64,000 bases of DNA. Origin: an uncultured Sphingorhabdus sp. (lineage in GTDB: Bacteria; Pseudomonadota; Alphaproteobacteria; Sphingomonadales; Sphingomonadaceae). Position 1 is the first letter of the stretch; every line of letters begins with the position of its first letter. The notes beneath the pieces were generated by a model that was given only the letters and a program-made list of their open reading frames with translations, made no database searches and was not told where the DNA came from. The DNA lies in assembly GCA_964597055.1 (NCBI GenBank), contig CAZQWC010000008.1:121603-185602 (forward strand), in the 5' to 3' direction. Below are positions 56,231-64,000 of the stretch, piece by piece. Both the position numbers and the translations under genes were made by a program.

Positions 56231-59169
56231 TGGCCCGCGCCCCGAAATCGCCTAAATCCGTTGATGCGCTGAAGCATGATGCGGCATCGCGCCGAAATAT
56301 TCCTACAGCGGAGATGGAGAGTTTCTTCCTGCGGGAAGAGGATAATGCGCCGATGCCGCCGGTGGCTTATCCGCGCGCGCGGCCGTTGGCAGCGGGGGAG
56401 ACGCGGACGGAGGATGAGGTTTCCAGCCCCGAGCTGATCTGGAACGGCGCGAAGATTAAAATAACGCCCGCGCAGATGGAACAGCTTGCCACCACCGGCG
56501 AGCTGGAGCTGGGCGATGCGCAACTGGTGTGGCGGGGGAAGGATACGCAGGACTGGCAAGACCTGATCGTCAATGTGCCGCCGCTCTATATTCAGGAGAA
56601 GATCCACCCCAAGGCGATCATCGACGATCTGAAACGCCGGGCGGCGCAGAACAAGGAGGCGGCCAGCGCCGCGCCTGATCTGTTCGCCGATTTCAACGGT
56701 GTGCCGCCGGATGCGCGCGCGGAATTTTACCAGCACGACCAGCACTGGTCGAACCGGATGATCCTGGGCGACAGCCTTCAGGTGATGGCCAGCCTGGCCG
56801 AGCGCGAATCCTTACGCGGTAAGGTGCAGTGCATCTATTTCGATCCGCCCTACGGGATCAAATTCAACAGCAATTGGCAGGTATCGACGCAAAGCCGCGA
56901 CGTGAAGGACGGCAAGCAGGCCGACATCAGCCGCGAGCCCGAACAGGTGAAGGCGTTCCGCGATACCTGGAAGGACGGCATCCACTCCTACCTCACCTAC
57001 CTCCGCGACCGCCTGACCGTGATGCGCGACCTGCTGACCGACAGCGGCAGTATTTTTGTGCAGATTGGCGATGAAAATGTGCATCGGGTGCGCGCGGTGA
57101 TGGACGAGGTGTTTGGGGAAGAGAATTTCCGCTCCTGCATTTACTTTGCCACCACAGGAGGCCTTGCGACGAATGGGTTAAGCCGCATCGGGGATTACGT
57201 TCTTTGGTTTTCGAGGTCGGATCAGCCCAAAATTCGCCCGCTCTTTGTCGAGAAGAGGGGCGCCGATGACGATACAAGTGCCTACAAAAGTATCGAATTG
57301 TTGGACGGGACGCGCCGTCGTCTCACCGTAGCCGAACAGCAAAACACCGAATTGCTACCGGAGGGATCGAAGGTATTCCGCATTAGCGATTTATGTGGTC
57401 AGGGTCCGCCTAATCAGCCGACACCTTTCGATTTTGATGGCATCACATACAATCCGACCAAGAGCAGCCATTGGAAGCCAAACTACCCGAACGGGATGCG
57501 CCGTTTAGCCCGTAGCCAGAGATTTTACGGCACCGGAAAAACTCTAAACTACGTCCGCTATTTCGAAGATTACGCCGTGTCTCCATTCAATGATGTATGG
57601 CTAGACACCGGTCACTCGGGTTTCGCCTACGATAAGCTCTATGTCGTGCAAACTGCAACAAAAGTCATCGAACGCTGCATCCTGATGGCGACCGATCCCG
57701 GCGATCTCGTTCTCGATCCCACCTGCGGCTCTGGCACTACTGCCTATGTCGCCGAGCAATGGGGGCGGCGCTGGATCACGATGGACACCAGCCGGGTCGC
57801 GCTTGCGCTGGCCCGCACCCGCATCATGGCGGCGCGATACCCTTGGTATTTGCTCGCCGACAGCAAGGAAGGCCGCGCCAAGGAAGCCGCGCTCACTCAG
57901 CGCGTGCCCGCCGAAACGCCCGTCCATCACGATATCCGCCAAGGCTTCGTCTATGAACGCGTGCCGCACATCACACTGAAAAGCATCGCCAACAATCCGC
58001 TGATCGATGAGATCTGGGAGAAGTGGCAGGCGGTGCTTGAACCACTGCGGGCGGCGTTGAATGCGGCCTGCGGCGAGACGTGGGAAGAATGGCAAATTCC
58101 GCGTGAATTGCCCGCGACCACTCCGCCATCTGCCGCCGATCCTCACGCCAAATGGTGGGAGGCGCGCATCGCCCGCCAGCAGGAAATCGACGCCAGCATC
58201 GCCGCGCGCGCCGATGTGGAATATCTTTATGACAAGCCCTATCAGGACAATGCCCGCGTCCGCGTCGCGGGGCCGTTCACCGTCGAAAGCCTCTCCCCCC
58301 ACCGCGTCCTTCCCGCCAGCGAAGAGGAGCTTATCGAAGAGGTTGAGGCTGCCGAGGGCAAACGCCGCCGCGTCACCGGCGATGCGGTGGACAGCGATTT
58401 CGTGCCCAATGTGCTCGATTACCTCAAATCCGAAGGCGTGAAGCAGCAGGACAAGGGCGACCGCATCACCTTTGAAAGCCTGTCCCCCTGGCCCGGCCAC
58501 TGGATTGGCGCGCAGGGCGTTTTCATGGAGGGCTCGGAAGGCCAGCAGGTGGAGCGCCGCGCGGCCATATTGATCGGGCCGGAATTCGGCACGCTGGGCC
58601 GCGCCGACCTCGTTGCCGCCGCGCGTGAGGCCGCCGATGCGCGCTTCGACCTCGTCATCGCCTGCGCTTTCAACTTTGACGCCCATTCATCAGAACTGGG
58701 CAGCCTCGGGTCTTTGCGCATCCTGAAGGCGCGCATCAACCCCGACATGCAAATGTCCGGCGAGCTGAAGAATACCGGACGTGGAAACATGTTCATCGTC
58801 TTTGGCGAACCCGATGTGGAGATATTGGACGACGGCGGCGAAACCATCCGCGTGAAGGTGAACGGCGTCGATGTGTTCGACCCCAATACCGGCGATATCC
58901 GCAGCAACGACACCAAGGGCATCGCCGCATGGTTCATCGACACCGACTATAACGAAGAAAGCTTTTTCGTCCGCCACGCCTATTTCCTCGGCGCGAACGA
59001 TCCGTACAAATCACTGAAAACTGCGTTGAGGGCGGAGATTGATGAGGAGGCGTGGGCTACGCTCTATGCCGACACCTCCCGCCCGTTCGAGCGGCCAGCA
59101 GGCGGCCGGATTGCGGTGAAGGTGATCAATCACTTCGGCGATGAAGTGATGAAGGTGTTTGGGGTTTAG
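56230..59169 (+). CDS. mod: Type III RM Mod subunit (beta-class N6-adenine methyltransferase, long C-terminal extension)
   Basis: YFDPPYG (motif IV), then a variable TRD, then VLDPTCGSGTT (motif I); directly linked to Res. Confidence 0.93.
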   Translation: MARAPKSPKSVDALKHDAASRRNIPTAEMESFFLREEDNAPMPPVAYPRARPLAAGETRTEDEVSSPELIWNGAKIKITPAQMEQLATTGELELGDAQLVWRGKDTQDWQDLIVNVPPLYIQEKIHPKAIIDDLKRRAAQNKEAASAAPDLFADFNGVPPDARAEFYQHDQHWSNRMILGDSLQVMASLAERESLRGKVQCIYFDPPYGIKFNSNWQVSTQSRDVKDGKQADISREPEQVKAFRDTWKDGIHSYLTYLRDRLTVMRDLLTDSGSIFVQIGDENVHRVRAVMDEVFGEENFRSCIYFATTGGLATNGLSRIGDYVLWFSRSDQPKIRPLFVEKRGADDDTSAYKSIELLDGTRRRLTVAEQQNTELLPEGSKVFRISDLCGQGPPNQPTPFDFDGITYNPTKSSHWKPNYPNGMRRLARSQRFYGTGKTLNYVRYFEDYAVSPFNDVWLDTGHSGFAYDKLYVVQTATKVIERCILMATDPGDLVLDPTCGSGTTAYVAEQWGRRWITMDTSRVALALARTRIMAARYPWYLLADSKEGRAKEAALTQRVPAETPVHHDIRQGFVYERVPHITLKSIANNPLIDEIWEKWQAVLEPLRAALNAACGETWEEWQIPRELPATTPPSAADPHAKWWEARIARQQEIDASIAARADVEYLYDKPYQDNARVRVAGPFTVESLSPHRVLPASEEELIEEVEAAEGKRRRVTGDAVDSDFVPNVLDYLKSEGVKQQDKGDRITFESLSPWPGHWIGAQGVFMEGSEGQQVERRAAILIGPEFGTLGRADLVAAAREAADARFDLVIACAFNFDAHSSELGSLGSLRILKARINPDMQMSGELKNTGRGNMFIVFGEPDVEILDDGGETIRVKVNGVDVFDPNTGDIRSNDTKGIAAWFIDTDYNEESFFVRHAYFLGANDPYKSLKTALRAEIDEEAWATLYADTSRPFERPAGGRIAVKVINHFGDEVMKVFGV

Positions 59170-59178
59170 GGGGAAATC

Positions 59179-59796
59179 ATGCCGAAGACAGTCGAGTGGT
59201 ATCCTAAAATTCGGAACCAAAGCCTCGCCCTTGCGGTGCGTGAGGCTGGCTTTGATCTAACAATGTTTGATGAATATTCGGAAGCAACACAGACCGAAAT
59301 TCGGAAACGCGCTATCAAAATTGTTCTCCGAAACATTGCAGAGGAATTTGAGAACGTCACTGGCAAGGAGCTATCCGACATACGCCAAGGTGTGTACGTC
59401 ATTTGTGTTTCTAGTCCTTTTACAATCGGATACGAGTCGGGATGTAGCGAGGTAATTTACATCGGCATCGGTAAGATCGCATCGCGATTGGAATCTCATT
59501 TCAACAAAAGTCTTTTCGATTTTATGATGAGCGTTGCAGGCGCAAATTTCGACTTTTATCTGACCGAGCCAAAAGGCTCTCCTGGTGATTTGTACTACAA
59601 GCACATCGAATATATGCTTCTCGAAAAGTTTTGGGATAAGCATGATTGCTATCCGCTCCTGAATACCAACGCAGGCAGTCGCAAAGAATTTGACGAAATA
59701 GGGAAGGGTTGGGACAAGCCGCTTAAGGCATCGGGTAAAAAGCCGATTTGGGAAATTCGCGCGACCAAACATTGCGAATTTGCAAAGTTGGATTGA
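59179..59796 (+). CDS. GIY-YIG-like nuclease
   Basis: GVYVI...VIYIGIG...RLESH...IEYMLLE...PLLN matches the GIY-YIG R/E/N catalytic layout; visibly AT-richer. Confidence 0.7.
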   Translation: MPKTVEWYPKIRNQSLALAVREAGFDLTMFDEYSEATQTEIRKRAIKIVLRNIAEEFENVTGKELSDIRQGVYVICVSSPFTIGYESGCSEVIYIGIGKIASRLESHFNKSLFDFMMSVAGANFDFYLTEPKGSPGDLYYKHIEYMLLEKFWDKHDCYPLLNTNAGSRKEFDEIGKGWDKPLKASGKKPIWEIRATKHCEFAKLD

Positions 59797-61866
59797 ATGA
59801 ACTTCCTCATCGCCGACACCTTCACAGCATCCTTCAACCGCCTGTCAGGGCAGGATCAGAAGGCGGTGAAAGCGAGCGTGTTCGACCTGCAAATGGACCC
59901 AACGGGCAACGGGCTACAACTTCACCGGATTGATCAATCAAAAGATGCAAACTTCTGGTCGGCGCGGGTCAACCGCGATGTCCGGCTGATCGTCCACAAA
60001 ACCACAAGCTCGATGCTGGTTGCCTATGTTGATCATCATGACAAGGCCTATGCCTGGGCCGAACGCCGCCGGATTGAAGCGCATCCGAAAACCGGTGCGA
60101 TCCAGATCGTCGAAGTGCGCGAGTTGGTGGAGGAGGTTGCGCCACCCGAAACCTTCGATTTTGTCTTTCCGGCACAAACCGCCCCCGCAGCATCCGAAAG
60201 CCTGCGCCACTTTGCCTCGCTCAGCGATGAAGCCTTGCTGTCTGTTGGAGTGCCCGCGGATTGGTTGGCCGATGTCCGCGCGGCAAGCGAGGACGATTTC
60301 TTCACCCTCGCCGATCATTTGCCCGCAGAGGCAGCTGAGGCCCTTCTGGAATATGCGGATACGGGCAAGCTTGTCGTGCCCGCGCCGGTAGCGGCAGCCG
60401 ATCCCTATACCCACCCCGATGCACTGCGCCGCATCCGCCCGATTGCCGATCAGGTAGAGCTCGAACAGGCGCTGGCCTTCCCTTGGGAAAAATGGGGCGT
60501 TTTTCTGCACCCTTCGCAACGCGAAATTGTGGAACGGAGTTATTCCGGGCCAGCTCGTGTCGCCGGTTCGGCGGGTACCGGCAAGACCGTGGTCGCATTG
60601 CATCGCGCGGTCAGGCTTGCACGCGAGAACCCCGCCGCGCGTGTGTTGCTGGCCAGCTTTTCACAACCGCTTGCAGATGCCTTGACCAAAAAGGTGTCAG
60701 TGCTTGCGCCCGATACCGGCACCGTCGTTCCACGTATTACGACTGCTTCATTCCAAGGTATCGCAGATCAACTGCATCAGCTTGAACATGGCGTGCGGCC
60801 ACGCATTGCGTCTGAACCTGTCCTTCGCGAGCGGATAGCAGAAGCGGCAAAGTCGTTTCAGATAACCGGCTTTTCAGAACGCTTCCTGCTTTCCGAATGG
60901 ACCAACGTGATCGACGCGTGGGGGATCAGGACGGAGGGCGAGTATGTAGATGTGCAGCGCATGGGTCGCAAAGCCAGGTTGGGGCCGAAACAACGCGAGC
61001 GCCTTTGGCCCGTCTTTGACGCTGTTCGCCAAGCCTTGGCCGCCGAACGTTACACCACTTGGCCAGTTGTATTTTCAGACTTGGCCCAGCGCTTTGAGAG
61101 CAAAACTGCCAAGCCGTTTGACCATATCCTGATCGATGAAGCACAGGACCTAGGACCGTCAGAACTGCGTTTTTTCGCGGCCATTGCGCCCGACCATTCA
61201 GACGCGCTTTTTCTGGCTGGCGATTTGGGGCAACGCATTTTCCAGCATCCTTTTTCGTGGAAAGGTTTGGGCGTCGATGTGCGCGGACGGTCCTTCACAT
61301 TGAAAGTTTGTTATCGAACATCGCAGGAAATCCGCCAAGCTGCTGACGGATTGTTACCCACTGTGTTGCGGGACGTCGACGGCAATGAGGATGAACGGCG
61401 CGGGACAATTTCGGTGTTCAGCGGACCGGAACCTTATGTAAAAATCAATGCTTCGACCGGCGAGGAATCGGCCATCGTACGTGCCTTCATCGAGAAGGCT
61501 CTGGCGGACGGGATCAGCGCGAATGAGATTGGTATTTTTGTTCGATCTCCTGCCCAGGTTGAACGCGCGCTCACATGCGTTTCAGACATTGCAGGTCGGG
61601 AACAGATTACGGTGAATGTAATGCATCTCGCTAAAGGCCTGGAGTTTCGCGCGGTCGCAATAATGGCCTGTGATGAGGGCATCCTCCCCTTGGATGAACG
61701 GGTCGCAGAAGCCACTGACGATGCGGAACTGGACGACGTTTACGAGACCGAGCGCCGGTTGCTATATGTTGCCTGTACGCGGGCTCGAGAACGATTGATG
61801 GTGAGTGGGGTCGCCCCCGGATCGGAATACCTCAACGATCTAAATTCGGCACAAAACACCGACTAG
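59797..61866 (+). CDS. SF1 UvrD-like helicase with N-terminal RelE/ParE-like domain
   Basis: GSAGTGKT, IDEAQD, GDLGQRI, YRTS, HLAKGLEF and LYVACTRA; N-terminal about 88 aa (FTASFNRL...FWSARVNRDVRLIVH...YVDHHD). Confidence 0.88.
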   Translation: MNFLIADTFTASFNRLSGQDQKAVKASVFDLQMDPTGNGLQLHRIDQSKDANFWSARVNRDVRLIVHKTTSSMLVAYVDHHDKAYAWAERRRIEAHPKTGAIQIVEVRELVEEVAPPETFDFVFPAQTAPAASESLRHFASLSDEALLSVGVPADWLADVRAASEDDFFTLADHLPAEAAEALLEYADTGKLVVPAPVAAADPYTHPDALRRIRPIADQVELEQALAFPWEKWGVFLHPSQREIVERSYSGPARVAGSAGTGKTVVALHRAVRLARENPAARVLLASFSQPLADALTKKVSVLAPDTGTVVPRITTASFQGIADQLHQLEHGVRPRIASEPVLRERIAEAAKSFQITGFSERFLLSEWTNVIDAWGIRTEGEYVDVQRMGRKARLGPKQRERLWPVFDAVRQALAAERYTTWPVVFSDLAQRFESKTAKPFDHILIDEAQDLGPSELRFFAAIAPDHSDALFLAGDLGQRIFQHPFSWKGLGVDVRGRSFTLKVCYRTSQEIRQAADGLLPTVLRDVDGNEDERRGTISVFSGPEPYVKINASTGEESAIVRAFIEKALADGISANEIGIFVRSPAQVERALTCVSDIAGREQITVNVMHLAKGLEFRAVAIMACDEGILPLDERVAEATDDAELDDVYETERRLLYVACTRARERLMVSGVAPGSEYLNDLNSAQNTD

Positions 61867-62160
61867 AAGCGACCGAAGTTTCGATGGTTATGAGCAGCAA
61901 ATGCTCGCGCAATTCAGCACGCGGCATATTCGCGCTTGCAATTCGAGACTGTTGACCGGATCGGGACCAGCAGCATGGAATAGGCTAGCACACCCTACAC
62001 ATTGAAATGTAGCGATTTTTGGCGGTTTTGTGCGGGTTTGCGAGGATGGCAGCTTTCAAGTTGAATCCAAGTCATTGACTTACATACAAGTCAACCTGCC
62101 ATAAGCACATGATTTATATTGATATATTTGGCGCTCAGGTCAAAAATTGGCGACTTGAAT

Positions 62161-63417
62161 TCAAATCACCCTAGGCCCCATCCGAGCAGTCCCTTTCCCA
62201 AGGTCCGGGCCTGGAAACTGTACCACTTCACCACCAGATCGAAGTTGATCTAGATAGTCGCTCCACCATTGATGCATCGCCACGCGTTCATCCCAATAGC
62301 GTCCCCGGTTGTATGTCGCGCGCACCGCGTTGCTATCCGCATGGGCCAGAGATCGTTCAATGGCATCGGGGTTCCACTTGCCGCTTTCGTTCAACAGCGT
62401 GGACGCCGTGGTGCGCCATCCGTGCGCTGTCATCTCGCTTGTTGTGTACCCCATCCGGCGCAGCGCCTGATTAATAGTGTTCTCGCTCATGGGCCGCAGC
62501 GATGTGTGAAATGCGGGAAATACGAAGCCGGTTGGGCCGGTCAGCGGATGCAAATCAGCGAGATACCCCATTACCTGTCGGGAGAGCGGAACCGAGTGAG
62601 GACGCCGCGCTTTCATCCTTCCTTGGGGGACAGTCCACACCGCCTTCTCGAAGTCAAATTCGTGCCATTCGGAAAGGCGCAGCTCGCCAGGTCGGGACAT
62701 TAGATGGGGCGCGATTTGCATCGCGATGCGAGTGATCGCCGAACCCGAATAAACATCGATAGCGCGCAGCAACTCGCCCACCGCCTTGGGCTCTATAATG
62801 GCTGCATGGTGCGTGACCTTGGGCGTTATTAGCGCGCCGGAAAGAACTACGGCGGGATCGTGTTCCGCCCTCGCCGTTGCAATTGCATAACGGAAAACCC
62901 GACTGGCAAATGAACGGCAACGTCGGGCGGTCTCATACTTGCCTTTAGCTTCCAATCGGCGCAGCGCAGCAAGCACTTCGATGGGTCGAATATCCGCAAC
63001 TGGCATCTTTGCGATGGGCTCCAGCTGCTGCAACAGCCAAACCGCTTTGGTGACGGTCACTTCCGCCTTTTGTTCGGCAATCATCTTGCGCTGGATATAT
63101 TCGCGCGCGACATCGCCAAACACATTGGCCGCGCTGATTGAAGCAATCAGGCGCTTGCGTTGACGCTCTGCGGAGGGATCAATGCCATCGTCCAACAGCC
63201 GCCGCGCGTCTTCTTGTTTGCGGCGGGCAGCAGAGAGCGACACCGCTGGATAGCGCCCGAGCGAGAACCGCTTTTCCTTGCCGCGAAAAGTATATTTGTA
63301 CCGCCACAGTTTGGAGCCGTTCGGCTCGACCTCGATATATAGTCCGCGCTGATCGACTTTCTTGTATCGTTTGTCGGCGGGCTTGAGCGAGCGAAGCATG
63401 GCATCAGTAAGCGGCAC
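62161..63417 (-). CDS. int: Tyrosine integrase, P4-like with N-terminal arm-DNA-binding domain
   Basis: GLYIEVEPNGSKLWRYKY, SRPGELR, HGWRTTAST, LAHAD and YNRGRY motifs; GTG start with SD AGGAG. Confidence 0.93.
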   Translation of the reverse strand: MPLTDAMLRSLKPADKRYKKVDQRGLYIEVEPNGSKLWRYKYTFRGKEKRFSLGRYPAVSLSAARRKQEDARRLLDDGIDPSAERQRKRLIASISAANVFGDVAREYIQRKMIAEQKAEVTVTKAVWLLQQLEPIAKMPVADIRPIEVLAALRRLEAKGKYETARRCRSFASRVFRYAIATARAEHDPAVVLSGALITPKVTHHAAIIEPKAVGELLRAIDVYSGSAITRIAMQIAPHLMSRPGELRLSEWHEFDFEKAVWTVPQGRMKARRPHSVPLSRQVMGYLADLHPLTGPTGFVFPAFHTSLRPMSENTINQALRRMGYTTSEMTAHGWRTTASTLLNESGKWNPDAIERSLAHADSNAVRATYNRGRYWDERVAMHQWWSDYLDQLRSGGEVVQFPGPDLGKGTARMGPRVI

Positions 63418-63475
63418 AATCGAACTCCTTCTTGGTCCGGGGTCGATCACGTATCGCCACAGCAAATTTATGTGC

Positions 63476-63526
63476 TGGGGCAACCGGTTCGGGTCACCTC
63501 AAACTGCCCCAAATTTCTGCCCCAAA
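63476..63526. repeat. Putative integrase arm-type sites, right end
   Basis: CTGCCCCAAA at 63504 and 63517 (13 bp apart) plus inverted TGGGGCAA at 63476. Confidence 0.6.
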
Positions 63527-64000
63527 ATCACATTGGAAGCACTGGAACAAATGTGAACAACGCCAGACAGCGAAGTGCCATAAATGGCAGATTTCTGCCG
63601 TTTTGTCGAGATACAATGAGATGTACTAAGAAGAACAAATGGTGCCCAAGCCGGAACCCCAATCGCAATCATCATGGCCAGCAAGAGGATGGCGACGTAC
63701 TCAATTGCAATCGCCCTGTAGAAGTGGGCGAATGCTTGGGGAGGCAGCAAATGATCGATGCCGATAGCGACGAAGCCAGACACGACAATTACCGGGGTAG
63801 CCAATAGGACTGCGGCGCGCAGCCCTCTCACCGCAGTGAAAAACGCACCCATGGCAATTGCGGCTGCCGCAAAATAGGCGAGCATCGAAGGTATGGTAGC
63901 ACCAGAGGCCGAAAGTTGTCCGGCCAGCCGGATATGGAGAACACTCCATGCCACGGCACAGAGAACCAACGTCCAGCGAGCGGCATTGAGAATGGTCGTT
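63499..64000 (-). CDS. Membrane protein, 5' end outside window, interrupted after Trp at 63646 and now ending in 48 element-derived residues
   Basis: Frame is open to the window edge; hydrophobic helices up to IAIGVPAW, then non-TM sequence to the stop at 63499. Confidence 0.75.
   Translation of the reverse strand, partial: TTILNAARWTLVLCAVAWSVLHIRLAGQLSASGATIPSMLAYFAAAAIAMGAFFTAVRGLRAAVLLATPVIVVSGFVAIGIDHLLPPQAFAHFYRAIAIEYVAILLLAMMIAIGVPAWAPFVLLSTSHCISTKRQKSAIYGTSLSGVVHICSSASNVILGQKFGAV

Larger units (their letters stand above)
51693..63648. mobile_element. 11,956-bp tyrosine-integrase element (defence islet) with CCCA junction cores
   Basis: CCCA at 51693-51696 and 63645-63648. Inner ends join to TGGTGCCCAGAAGAGGA (tRNA-3'-end-like); outer ends restore an ORF. 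Integrase at the right end; arm-like TGCCCC repeats at both ends. Confidence 0.85.

Noticed and set aside
57601-58686. 361-aa minus-strand ORF
   Set aside because: Antisense shadow of mod.
63545-63558. GAAC-N6-GAAC as a LexA box for the integrase
   Set aside because: Spacing is 6, not the required 7.
63640-63700. A tRNA gene at the right junction
   Set aside because: Only TGGTGCCCA resembles a tRNA end; the adjacent sequence is protein-coding and forms no cloverleaf.
1-64000. CRISPR array, rRNA or complete tRNA genes
   Set aside because: No regularly spaced direct repeats with unique spacers and no rRNA/tRNA sequences were recognised by eye; the hairpin repeats seen are REP/MITE-like.

Overview
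GC-rich alphaproteobacterial chromosome segment; gene content (EL222-like LOV-HTH, DUF4402 pilin-like pair, REP families) suggests Sphingomonadales (inference). About 1-50.4 kb is mostly core genome: acyl-CoA/fatty-acid and PHB metabolism (three acyl-CoA dehydrogenases, thioesterases, phaC, phasin, phbB), alaC, a DEAD-box helicase, clpS, murA, hemH, Mrp, hflKC-DegP, nadB, tldD, glnK-amtB, a TonB receptor, dnaN and rlmN. It carries recognisable operator sets (LiuR-like, PhaR-like, NtrC/sigma54) and two C-rich-loop 3'-UTR RNA structures (after the phasin gene and after amtB). From 50,421 the DNA is accessory and nested. A Tn3-family end (38-bp IR, resolvase, res site) carries a membrane-protein operon. 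That operon is interrupted by an 11,956-bp tyrosine-integrase element (51,693-63,648) whose two junctions can be read directly. Joining the inner ends gives a tRNA-3'-end-like attP. Joining the outer ends restores the interrupted gene's C-terminus, with its stop overlapping the next start codon. The element's cargo is a defence operon: Type III RM Res, a structured RNA leader plus NYN RNase, Mod, a GIY-YIG nuclease, and a RelE-like/UvrD helicase fusion. All family calls come from motif reading and recall; no database searches were run.
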